Below are positions 1 through 7,895 of a DNA stretch of 64,000 bases, piece after piece. The stretch spans positions 124,001 through 188,000 of the forward strand of contig JBMORE010000022.1 in assembly GCA_049322255.1 (NCBI GenBank). The letters are read 5' to 3'. Each line of letters opens with the position of its first letter. Within the stretch, counting starts at the first letter, position 1. This DNA comes from Myxococcota bacterium (GTDB lineage: Bacteria > Myxococcota > Myxococcia > Myxococcales > Myxococcaceae). The notes below the pieces were generated by a model. That model was not told the origin of the DNA. It saw only the letters and a program-made list of their open reading frames with translations, and searched no databases. The position numbers were made by a program, and so were the translations under genes.

Positions 1-515
1 CCGAGCGTGGTGGCGATCTTCGCGGAAAGAAAACCGATGACGATGTTGGCGAGCGTCCCGCCCGAGCCGATGAGCCCGTAGAGGCGCTTCGCCTCCCGGG
101 CGTTGTACAGCTCGTTGGCGAGGGTCCAAAACTGAACCAGGGCGAGCGCGCCCATCACCTCCACGTAGACGTAGAGGGCGGGGTAGACCCAGGCGGGCTC
201 GTCACTTTCGATGCGCCAGACGAGCACGAACAGACCGGCGAAGAGCAACGCGCTCACCAGGGCCACCCGGTCGCGTCGCACCCGCGCGGCGATGGGGCCG
301 TAGACCAGCCCCACCAAGATGACCGCCACCGCCGAGGCGACGTACATCCACGCCAGCTGTCCGCGGTCGTTGTGCGCGAGGAAGAGGGCGTCGCGCACCG
401 TGCGGCCGGTGAGGAAGGCGCCCACGGCGAAGAGGCTGTGAAGAAAAAGCGCCAGCGTCAGCCGCCGTTCCCCCGGGCGGACGGGAAAGAGGGTTTCGAC
501 GAGGCGAAGGAACAA
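1..515 (-). CDS. TLC/Npt-type (ATP/ADP translocase-like) MFS membrane transporter, N-terminal part; runs off the window start
   Basis: Not in the ORF track. Manual minus-strand translation gives LFLRLVETLFPVRPGERRLTLALFLHSLFAVGAFLTGRTVRDALFL...VQFWTLANELYNAREAKRLYGLIGSGGTL. The RDALFL and FWxLANExYxxREAKRLY motifs are typical of this family. TTG start at 515 is inferred. Confidence 0.75.
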   Translation of the reverse strand, partial: MFLRLVETLFPVRPGERRLTLALFLHSLFAVGAFLTGRTVRDALFLAHNDRGQLAWMYVASAVAVILVGLVYGPIAARVRRDRVALVSALLFAGLFVLVWRIESDEPAWVYPALYVYVEVMGALALVQFWTLANELYNAREAKRLYGLIGSGGTLANIVIGFLSAKIATTL

Positions 516-560
516 GGCGCCGTCGAGCCTAGCAAAGCCCTGGCGCCGTGGGTCTTTACG

Positions 561-1445
561 TCAGGCGCGCGCCGACTCGGGGTCGACCTCGTCCATCAGC
601 GCCGCCAGCTCGGCCTTGAGCTTGTCCTTGGCGCGAATCTCCAGCTGCCGGGCGCGCTCGCGGGAGAAGCCGAAGTGCTCACCGAGCTCCTTGAGCGTCA
701 TCGGCCGGTCGTTCATCACCCGCTTCTCGATGATGAAGCGCTCGCGAGGGTCCAAGCGGGTGAGCGCGATTCTGACGTGGGTGCTGATGAGGCCGGCTTC
801 CTCGCGATCGGCGAACTCGTCGTCTTGACTGACGGCATTGGAGACGACGAAGTCCACGTGGGTATTGCCGCCTTCCTCTCCCATCGGCGCGTCGAGCGAG
901 AGGTCGCGCCCGCCCATGCGCTGCTCCATCTCCCGTACCTCGCTGGGCTTGACCCTCAGGCGCCTGGCGATCTCGTCGACGTTGACCAGCTGCGACTCGC
1001 CGGGGTGAAGCTTTTCCAGCTCCCGCCGCGTGCGTGCCAGGGAGAAGAACAGCTTGCGCTGCGCCTGGGTGGTCCCCAGCTTCACCAAGGACCAGCTCTT
1101 CAAGATGTAGTTCTGAATGTACGCACGAATCCACCACACCGCGTAGGAGATGAGGCGAATGCCCTTGTCCGGCTCGAACTTCTGCACCGCCTTCATCAGG
1201 CCGATGTTCCCCTCTTGAATGAGGTCGGCCATCTTGATGCCGTAGGAGCGGTACTCGTAGGCGACCTTCACCACGAAGCGTAAGTTCGAGGTCACCAGGC
1301 GGTGGCCAGAACGAAAGTCGCCCTTCTTGAAGCGGCGGGCCAGCCGCTGCTCCTCGTCTACGGTGAGCAGCTGGTACTGGTTGATCTCCGCCAGGTACAT
1401 CGACAGAGAGCCAGGGGTGGAAGACTGCTCGCTGGGAGTGCTCAT
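561..1445 (-). CDS. rpoH: RNA polymerase sigma factor, sigma-32 (RpoH) family; resembles myxobacterial developmental SigB/SigC-type factors
   Basis: Region 2 [17 protein letters not shown] and [15 protein letters not shown], RpoH box [10 protein letters not shown], region 4 [20 protein letters not shown]. Confidence 0.92.
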   Translation of the reverse strand: MSTPSEQSSTPGSLSMYLAEINQYQLLTVDEEQRLARRFKKGDFRSGHRLVTSNLRFVVKVAYEYRSYGIKMADLIQEGNIGLMKAVQKFEPDKGIRLISYAVWWIRAYIQNYILKSWSLVKLGTTQAQRKLFFSLARTRRELEKLHPGESQLVNVDEIARRLRVKPSEVREMEQRMGGRDLSLDAPMGEEGGNTHVDFVVSNAVSQDDEFADREEAGLISTHVRIALTRLDPRERFIIEKRVMNDRPMTLKELGEHFGFSRERARQLEIRAKDKLKAELAALMDEVDPESARA

Positions 1446-1502
1446 TGTCGGCTTCTCGCTTTCTGGGCGCGCCCAAGCCGCGTCCCACCGCCCCTTGCGA
1501 TC

Positions 1503-1519
1503 AGCAACGGAAGTGCCAA
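1503..1519 (-). promoter_or_regulatory. sigma-54 (-24/-12) promoter of the sigma-32-family gene
   Basis: Minus strand reads TTGGCACTTCCGTTGCT, i.e. TGGCAC-N5-TTGCT with exact GG-N10-GC spacing, 57 nt upstream of the ATG at 1445. Confidence 0.8.
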
Positions 1520-1678
1520 GGCACGAAGCTTGGTGAAGTCAAGCGGAGCGGGCGGTTGGGCGGACGTGCTGGAATGCACCACGGCCAGGCCTGAAGAAAA
1601 TACGGGCATCGTTTTCGATGTCGTTAACGCCGCCCCGCCGACGAATGCATCGTTCAGCCGGGCAGGCGCCGTCTGACT

Positions 1679-1711
1679 CCCTCTCCCTCTGGGAGAGGGG
1701 TGGGGTGAGGG
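1679..1711 (+). repeat. REP-like palindromic repeat, copy A
   Basis: CCCTCTCCC-tct-GGGAGAGGG-gtg-GGGTGAGGG; the same 33-bp pattern recurs at several other intergenic sites. Confidence 0.85.
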
Positions 1712-1722
1712 TGTTGCCATCG

Positions 1723-1960
1723 CTGAACAAGCACATCGACCACAAGAGCCAGCGTCGAGCGGCGGATCTCGTTGTCGTCGGTCCGAACGGCAAGACCTTC
1801 CGGACCGACGGCAAGAGCAACGCGGACTACCTCGCCTACGGCCAGAAAGTCCTGGCGGTGGGGGATGGAACGGTGGTCACGGCGATCGATGGTGTCCCCG
1901 ACAACGCTCCGGGCACCGTCGTTGGCCAATGCGGCAACACCACCGAAGCCCACATCCAGC
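1723..1960 (+). pseudogene. Remnant of an M23-family metallopeptidase gene, truncated and internally deleted
   Basis: Translates LNKHIDHKSQRRAADLVVVGPNGKTFRTDGKSNADYLAYGQKVLAVGDGTVVTAIDGVPDNAPGT, then jumps to VVGQCGNTTEAHIQ. The usual central GN..I.H...S..AHL segment and the HxH motif are missing. Confidence 0.6.
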
Positions 1961-1980
1961 AACGGCCACTGTGCCTGGGT

Positions 1981-2009
1981 TATACTAACAATCGGTTGGC
2001 GTTAGTATA
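1981..2009. promoter_or_regulatory. AT-rich operator-like inverted repeat overlapping -10-like hexamers, upstream of the nucleotidyltransferase gene
   Basis: TATACTAAC-N11-GTTAGTATA with perfect 9-bp arms, ending 7 nt before the ATG at 2017; contains TATACT and TAGTAT. Confidence 0.65.
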
Positions 2010-2016
2010 TCTTGCA

Positions 2017-3072
2017 ATGACACGGTTCGATGATCTCTCTGTAGCTGCTCAAACCGGCTATGCCCAACTGCTCGAAGCCTGCCTGGGGGCCGAGCATCTG
2101 CGCTCGGTGGTGGACCTGCCGGGCTCGTTCGCTTCCAAGATCGTCAAGGGGCACAAGTACTGGTACCTCCAGTACACCGAGCCCGCCGGAAAGCTACGCC
2201 AGGTGTACGTAGGCCCGAATGTGCCGGCGGTCCGCGAGTTGATTCGGCGCAAGCAAGCGAAGGCCCCAGGAGCGGCCGCGATCAAGGCGCTGGCTCGCTC
2301 CGCACTGGCGCTCGGATGCACCGGAATTCCACCGCGCCAGTTCCGGGTCATTCGCCGCCTGGCGGACTACGGCTTCTTCAAAGCGGGAGGCCTGTTGATC
2401 GGTACCCACGCCTTTCTCGCCTACGGCAACATGCTGGGCGTGCGGTGGCGGAACGCGTCCCGAACCCAGGACGTCGACTTCGCGCATGCCGGCCGCAGTA
2501 TTGCGCTCCTTCTTCCCAGCAATGTGGAGGTGCAGGTTCCCGAGGCGATTCAGTCGTTGAACATGGGGTTCTTACCCATCACGGGGCTCTTGGGGAAAAC
2601 GGGTGCGACGTATCTGGTTCCGCGAGAGCCTGCGTTTCGGCTCGACTTCCTCACGACGCTGCATCGGGGAGGAGATGAGCCGTACGTTCACCCGCAATTG
2701 CACGTGACGCTTCAGCCGGTGAAGTTCATGGAGCTCTCGCTCGAAGAGGTTCAGCAGGCGGTCCTGTTCTGCGAGGAGGGGGCTGTGCTGGTCAACGTTC
2801 CCCATCCGGCTCGATTTGCCCTCCACAAGCTCTTGGTCGAGGGAATTCGAACAGGCACCTTCGCGGCGAAGGCGCTCAAGGACCGGGCTCAGGCTGCCCA
2901 GTTGCTCGCCTACCTGCAGCTTCATCGAAAAGAAGAAGTCGAGGAGGTGTGGAAAGACGTCTGTGGGCGGGGCAAGGGATGGGCAACACGCGCGCTTGCG
3001 GGCTTGAAGGCGGTCGCGAGAGAAAATCCCGATCTCGAGCTTGAGTCATGGCTGCAAGCTCAGGACGTCTAG
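2017..3072 (+). CDS. Nucleotidyltransferase-fold protein (GSU2403/NTP_transf_8-like, AbiEii-related superfamily)
   Basis: GGLLIGTHAFLAYGNMLG...RTQDVDF (hG..DxD signature), RLDFLT, VPHPARFALHKL and KDRAQA motifs; N-terminal GHKYWYLQY...QVYVGP beta module. Start moved from 1618 to ATG 2017. Confidence 0.8.
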   Translation: MTRFDDLSVAAQTGYAQLLEACLGAEHLRSVVDLPGSFASKIVKGHKYWYLQYTEPAGKLRQVYVGPNVPAVRELIRRKQAKAPGAAAIKALARSALALGCTGIPPRQFRVIRRLADYGFFKAGGLLIGTHAFLAYGNMLGVRWRNASRTQDVDFAHAGRSIALLLPSNVEVQVPEAIQSLNMGFLPITGLLGKTGATYLVPREPAFRLDFLTTLHRGGDEPYVHPQLHVTLQPVKFMELSLEEVQQAVLFCEEGAVLVNVPHPARFALHKLLVEGIRTGTFAAKALKDRAQAAQLLAYLQLHRKEEVEEVWKDVCGRGKGWATRALAGLKAVARENPDLELESWLQAQDV

Positions 3073-3082
3073 GGGTGTCGTT

Positions 3083-5074
3083 CTACGCCGCGCGGCGGAG
3101 CGTGGGGACAGCGATGAGCGAAAGCAGCGCCGCCTGTTCGGTTTTGGCCAGCCTGGCGCCGCCGAAGCGCGCCTCGAGGTAACGGCGCACCGCACGCCCG
3201 ACCGGCTCGGCAAGGGGATGGGCCAGCGCGAGCAAGCGGGTGGAGAGCGCTTCCAAGTCCTCCCCCTCCTGTCTTTGCACGCCTGCCCGAAGGAGCGCGC
3301 GGTCGATGGCGTCGGCGAAGCTCGCTGCCGGGTGCAGGCGGACATGCCTACGCCGCAAGAGGGAGACGCGCCAGGCGCCGTACACCAAGAGCGCGGCGCC
3401 CGCAGCGGCGATCCACGCCTCCAACGGCGGGGTGGCGCCTCCCTCTTCTTTGCTGGAGGAAGCCGGCGGCCGTACCAACGCGCGGGCCAGCTGGAACTGG
3501 TCTTGAATCGAGTAATCCAACACCCGGGCCCGCCACCAGGCGTCGAAGAGCTCGTAGGCTCCGGTGAGCCAGCCCAGGAGCGGCAAGGGCTGAGCGGCAC
3601 GGTAGGCGTCGGGAGTGGCGTCCATCGAAACGAAGCCCTGGCCCTCGACGTAAACCTGGGTCCAGGCGTGCGCGTCGCCGGCGCGCACCACATACTTGTC
3701 GCCCAGGCGCTCACCGCCGAAGAAGCCCGCCGCGACCCGGGCGGGAATGCCCCGGGTCCGCAACAGGAGCGTGAGCGCGGTGGCGAAGTGCTCGCAGTGG
3801 CCTTCTTTTCGCTGGAAGAGGAAGTCGGCGACCGGGTCTTTCACCTCTCCTGGCAGCTCGAGCGTGTAGCCGTACTCGGCGCGCAGGTGAGCGCGCAGCC
3901 GCTGCGCTACCGCCAACGGGTCACGCTCACCGCCCACCACCCGCGCGGCCAGCTCTCCCACCCGGGGATCGAGCCGCTCGGGCAGCTGCAGGTAACGAGC
4001 GAGGTCGCCGAAGTATTCGGTGGCACCCCCCGGCTCGCTCTGCGCCCGGTAGACGATGTGCTGGGCGTTGTCGGCAAGACGCACTTCTTCGCCCGGCACC
4101 TCGATGAACGGAGTGCGGCCGCTTCCCGAACCGAAGCTCGCCGACGCCGAGAAAAAGCGCACCGGAGGCTCGAGAGCCACCAGCGTCCGCGCGTCGTACG
4201 CCGGCAACAGCTCGATGTGCTGGTGAATCAGCTCGCCCTTCTTCGGCTGGAGGAAGACCACGCCAGAGGGCTCGGAAGGCGCGCTGGTGCCTCGCCACTC
4301 GCGGCCGTCGAAGTGGTCGAAGGCGCGGCCAAACCAATAGGCGTGAAGCTGCGCGACCGCGGGGTCGGGCTGCAACGAGGCCCGCAGCACCACCCGAGGG
4401 TTGGTCTTGATGCTGCCTCCGCCTCCCAGCCGCACCGAGTCGGACAGCCCGGTGACGGCCGGGCCCAAGACTGGAGAGGCGCGGCGGGCGGCCACGTTCC
4501 AGGACAGCCGGGGGAAGGCGACGAAGAAGATGGCCGCGCCCACCATCGCCGCCACCCCGCCCCCCACGAGCGAGCGCAGCGCCGGCGACAGCGGCACTGC
4601 CTCGTCCGGCGGGCTGGCGCCCTCGATCACCGACAGCCCCAAGGAAAGGCTGGCCAAGAGCGAAAAGGCGAAAAGACACAACCCGAAGGTGAGCTCGCCC
4701 GAGAGCGCGGCGCCTCCGGAAATCATCAACAGGCTGGTGAGGTGGACTTGGTTGTCGGTCGCCGACGAAGACGCAGCGAGCATGCGCTGCACCGCGACCA
4801 GAGCAGCGAAGGAGCAAGCGGCGACCACCAGGTCGATCCCACCCCGCCACACCATGCCGAAGAGCGCCGCACCGACCAGGGCGAGCACGATCGCCGGGCC
4901 TGCCAGATGGCGGGAGAAGGGACGGCGCCCGGAGAGGGCGACGAAGAGCCCCAGGGCGAAGGCGGCCATCACCCACCAGGGCATGCTGCCGGAGAGGGCG
5001 ATGCCCAAAAAGGCGGCGGCGGCGGAGAGGTCGCGCATCGCCAACCGCAGGCGCCCGCGGCTCTTGGGCGTCAT
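3083..5074 (-). CDS. Membrane-bound transglutaminase-like protein (TgpA/DUF3488 type)
   Basis: Multiple N-terminal TM helices; catalytic triad motifs GHCEHFA, DAHAW and MDATP. ATGA overlap with the upstream DUF58 gene. Confidence 0.88.
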   Translation of the reverse strand: MTPKSRGRLRLAMRDLSAAAAFLGIALSGSMPWWVMAAFALGLFVALSGRRPFSRHLAGPAIVLALVGAALFGMVWRGGIDLVVAACSFAALVAVQRMLAASSSATDNQVHLTSLLMISGGAALSGELTFGLCLFAFSLLASLSLGLSVIEGASPPDEAVPLSPALRSLVGGGVAAMVGAAIFFVAFPRLSWNVAARRASPVLGPAVTGLSDSVRLGGGGSIKTNPRVVLRASLQPDPAVAQLHAYWFGRAFDHFDGREWRGTSAPSEPSGVVFLQPKKGELIHQHIELLPAYDARTLVALEPPVRFFSASASFGSGSGRTPFIEVPGEEVRLADNAQHIVYRAQSEPGGATEYFGDLARYLQLPERLDPRVGELAARVVGGERDPLAVAQRLRAHLRAEYGYTLELPGEVKDPVADFLFQRKEGHCEHFATALTLLLRTRGIPARVAAGFFGGERLGDKYVVRAGDAHAWTQVYVEGQGFVSMDATPDAYRAAQPLPLLGWLTGAYELFDAWWRARVLDYSIQDQFQLARALVRPPASSSKEEGGATPPLEAWIAAAGAALLVYGAWRVSLLRRRHVRLHPAASFADAIDRALLRAGVQRQEGEDLEALSTRLLALAHPLAEPVGRAVRRYLEARFGGARLAKTEQAALLSLIAVPTLRRAA

Positions 5075-5997
5075 GCCCCCTCCTCGAAGCCCGCCCAAGC
5101 CAGCGCGCAGAGGACGCGGCGCTCCTGTCCGGGGCCGCCGGCGGGGCGCAGCTTGGCCGTGCCGGTGGCCACGCCCACTTCATGTCCTTGCGCGAGGAGC
5201 CGGTGCGCCAGGGCGGCCGCCTCCTCGCAGCGCCGCTCGAGCGCTTCCCCCGCGAGGGCGCCGGGTACCTCGAGCAGGTACTGGCGCCGCTCCTCACGCT
5301 CGCGTTCGGTGCGCAGCATCTTCCCCGCCGCCGCGCTCTTCACCCAGTGGATGCGACGGGCGTCCTCGCCGTCCGCCAGCTCGCGCAAGCCGAGGAGGTC
5401 GCCGTTCCCGTCTCGCCGCCGCGGATTTCCACCGTCGCCCAAGGGGCCCGCGCCCAGCTCGGGCGGGTCGATACAGGTGAAGCCGCGGCGGGGGTACACG
5501 AGCAGCTGCCCTTCCAGGGGCACCACCCGGCTCTTCTCGAACAGCCCCAAAGGGTAGGTGGTCGTCACCCGCACCCCCGTCAGCCGCAGCGGGCCACGAC
5601 GAGCAGCGACGAGATCGGCGCGCACCAAAAGCTCCTGGGAAGGGGTGACATGGGCGAGGCGCCCTTCACCGGTCAGCGCGTCGCAGACCTCACTCAAGGT
5701 GAGGGCGAAGGCGCTGCCCCGGGCGCGCCGCACCCCGTACCGCAGGGCGAAGGGCTCGCCCGCGTACGCCGCCTCCTTGCCCACCCGGCGAATCACCAGG
5801 TGGCGCAGGCAGCGCTCCGAGAGCACCCCGGAGACGACGATGGAGGAGAGCATGAAGCCCAGCACCAAGTAGAGCAGGTTGTTCCCGGTGTTGAGCGCTC
5901 CCAGACCGACCCCGAGGGTGACGAAGAGGAACGTTCGCCCGGTGCGGGTGACTTTCAGTCGGTAGCCGAACCAGCCCTCGCTGCGCGCGCGCTTCAT
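5071..5997 (-). CDS. DUF58 domain protein
   Basis: ALNTGNNLLYL, TTYPLGLF, LVYPR, GLRELADGEDARRIHWVKSA; lies between MoxR and the transglutaminase with ATGA overlaps. Confidence 0.88.
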   Translation of the reverse strand: MKRARSEGWFGYRLKVTRTGRTFLFVTLGVGLGALNTGNNLLYLVLGFMLSSIVVSGVLSERCLRHLVIRRVGKEAAYAGEPFALRYGVRRARGSAFALTLSEVCDALTGEGRLAHVTPSQELLVRADLVAARRGPLRLTGVRVTTTYPLGLFEKSRVVPLEGQLLVYPRRGFTCIDPPELGAGPLGDGGNPRRRDGNGDLLGLRELADGEDARRIHWVKSAAAGKMLRTEREREERRQYLLEVPGALAGEALERRCEEAAALAHRLLAQGHEVGVATGTAKLRPAGGPGQERRVLCALAWAGFEEGA

Positions 5998-6980
5998 CGG
6001 GGCGCGGGGACCTTGCGGGAAAGCTCCTCGAGCAGGTGGGCTGCCTCGTCGCGCGAGTAGGTCCCCTGCACCGCGCTGCGCAAAAGAAGACGGTGGGACA
6101 GGGTGGGCGCCAGCACCGTTCGCAGGTCGCCGGGGGTGACGAAGCCGCGCCCCTCCCACAGCGCGTGGGCCTTGGCGGCAGCCATCAGGGAAAGCACCGC
6201 ACGGGTGGAGGCGCCCCGCTCGATCTCCGCGTGCTGCCGGGTGGCGCCCGCCAGGCGCACGGCGTAGTCGGCCACTGACTCGTCCACGGCGACGTCGGCG
6301 GCCACCTTTTGCAACGTGTTCACCTCGTCGGCGCTCAACACCGGCGTCAGCGCCTTGAGCGGGTCGACGCTGCCGCGGGTGCGCAAGAGCTCCACCTCCA
6401 CCTCGGGGGAGGGGTGCCCCAAGGACAGGCGCATCAAGAAGCGGTCGAGCTGCGAGTCGGGCAGAGGGTAGGTGCCCGAGAAGTCAGCCGGGTTCTGGGT
6501 GGCCACCACCACGAAGGGAGAGGGCAGCGGGTGGGTGACGCCATCGAGGCTCACCTGGCCCTGCGCCATCGCCTCCAGGAGCGCCGACTGGGTGCGGGGA
6601 GGGGCGCGGTTGAGCTCGTCGGCCAACACCAGCTGGTGGAAGAGCGGCCCCGGACGGAACTCGAAACGCGACTGGGCGGCGTGGAAGACCTGCGCACCCA
6701 GGATGTCGCTGGGGAGCAGGTCGGCGGTGAACTGCACCCGGGCGAAGCTGAAGGCGCACGAACGGGCGAGCGCCTCGGCGAGCGACGTCTTCCCCACGCC
6801 GGGCACGTCCTCGAGGAGCAGGTGCCCGCGGGCCACCAGGCAGGTCACCACCGCACGCGTCTGGCCCGGCTTGCCCAAAAGGATGCGAGACAGGTTGCCC
6901 GCGAGGCGCTCCATGAGGGCGCGAGCGGCGGCGGGGTCGGCGGACACAGCGGGGGAAAGGGCGCGGGCGGGCTGGTTCAT
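5994..6980 (-). CDS. moxR: MoxR family AAA+ ATPase
   Basis: HLLLEDVPGVGKT Walker A, RVQFTADLLPSDILG, LADELNRAPPRTQSALLEAM, ATQNP, QLDRFLM. Confidence 0.93.
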   Translation of the reverse strand: MNQPARALSPAVSADPAAARALMERLAGNLSRILLGKPGQTRAVVTCLVARGHLLLEDVPGVGKTSLAEALARSCAFSFARVQFTADLLPSDILGAQVFHAAQSRFEFRPGPLFHQLVLADELNRAPPRTQSALLEAMAQGQVSLDGVTHPLPSPFVVVATQNPADFSGTYPLPDSQLDRFLMRLSLGHPSPEVEVELLRTRGSVDPLKALTPVLSADEVNTLQKVAADVAVDESVADYAVRLAGATRQHAEIERGASTRAVLSLMAAAKAHALWEGRGFVTPGDLRTVLAPTLSHRLLLRSAVQGTYSRDEAAHLLEELSRKVPAPR

Positions 6981-7114
6981 CGACGAGAGGTGAAGCTTAG
7001 CGCGAACCGTTGAACGATCGGGGCACGACGTGGGCTTGTCTTCGCCCAAGACCGTTCCTACCTCTTTTGCCGCGCGGAGCATGGGTTGCCCGCACGTGCC
7101 AAGGAGGCCCTTGG

Positions 7115-7270
7115 GTGTTGTGGACGATGGCGATGATTCTCTTCGTCCTGTGGGTGCTGGGGATGGTGAGCGGAGCGCCACTGGGCATGTGGATCCACCT
7201 CTTTCTCCTCTCAGCCCTGGTGGCCGCGCTCCTCGCCTTGATGGGCCTGGCGCGCCGGCCGGGGCTGTAG
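7115..7270 (+). CDS. Small two-helix membrane protein (lmo0937-like family)
   Basis: AAGGAGG RBS at 7101-7107, then GTG; MLWTMAMILFVLWVLGMVSGAPLGMWIHLFLL matches the LWxIxxILxxLWxLG...IH pattern. Confidence 0.75.
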   Translation: MLWTMAMILFVLWVLGMVSGAPLGMWIHLFLLSALVAALLALMGLARRPGL

Positions 7271-7289
7271 CGAAAAAGCCCTTCGCCCC

Positions 7290-7829
7290 GTGGACGAGCT
7301 GTCGCTCCCGCAAGACTCTGGTGGCTTCGTGAGGCGCCGCTGCCCCTTCTGCCAGCTTTCCTTCAAGACGCGGCCGTACCCGAGCGACGGGGTGTCGATG
7401 CACCGGCTCCTGTCGCAAAAGCTCGTCCACCAGAACGCTCATGAGGCGCAAGGCGGGCTCACCCGGCGCGCCTGCCTCTATTGCGGCAAGACCGCCCCGC
7501 CCGACGGGTGGCTCACCCCCGAGCAACGTGCCTTCCTCGAAGAGGTCGCCGCCGCCTTCTTGCGGCAGGTGCAGTTCGAACAGCTCGCCTACGTCCAGCG
7601 CACCCTCGGGCAGAACCCCCGGCCCACCTTCGTGCAGCTTGCGCCAGCGCCCACGCGTGCCCGGGCGATGCCTCCTGAGCCGGACGACCTGGTCCCCGTT
7701 CCCCTGCTGTGCTGCGGCGAGGAGGCCAAGGCCCTGCCCCAGTGGCGAGGCTCGGTCTACTGCCCTCGCTGCGGAGCCAAGCAGACCCGCCTCCAGATCC
7801 CCTCTCCCCCTGGGAGAGGGATAGGGTGA
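7290..7829 (+). CDS. Hypothetical protein with four Cys pairs (probable two zinc-ribbon sites)
   Basis: CPFC, CLYC, CC and CPRC motifs; fills the gap between two same-strand genes. Confidence 0.7.
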   Translation: MDELSLPQDSGGFVRRRCPFCQLSFKTRPYPSDGVSMHRLLSQKLVHQNAHEAQGGLTRRACLYCGKTAPPDGWLTPEQRAFLEEVAAAFLRQVQFEQLAYVQRTLGQNPRPTFVQLAPAPTRARAMPPEPDDLVPVPLLCCGEEAKALPQWRGSVYCPRCGAKQTRLQIPSPPGRGIG

Positions 7830-7886
7830 GGGAACGTCAACATGAAGTCATGCCCCTCACCCCAACCCTCTCCCAAAGGAAGAGGG
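7800..7886. repeat. Inverted pair of REP-like repeats (BIME-like), copies B and B'
   Basis: 7800-7832 CCCTCTCCC-cct-GGGAGAGGG-ata-GGGTGAGGG and inverted 7854-7886 CCCTCACCC-caa-CCCTCTCCC-aaa-GGAAGAGGG. Confidence 0.88.
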
Positions 7887-7895
7887 AGCATTGCT

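Noticed and set aside
1519..1535. Plus-strand sigma-54-like AGGCACGAAGCTTGGT
   Set aside because: The -12 element is GG rather than GC, and no intact gene lies close downstream.
1618..2016. N-terminal extension of the 484-aa ORF as a real fusion protein
   Set aside because: The extension translates a REP copy, an M23 remnant and an operator palindrome. The NTase family sequence starts at ATG 2017.
3041..5557. 838-aa plus-strand ORF
   Set aside because: Antisense shadow of the transglutaminase and DUF58 genes, with Arg/Gly/Pro-rich non-protein-like composition typical of high-GC DNA.
3083..6980. MoxR-DUF58-transglutaminase operon as a novel system
   Set aside because: This three-gene arrangement is widespread and already described.
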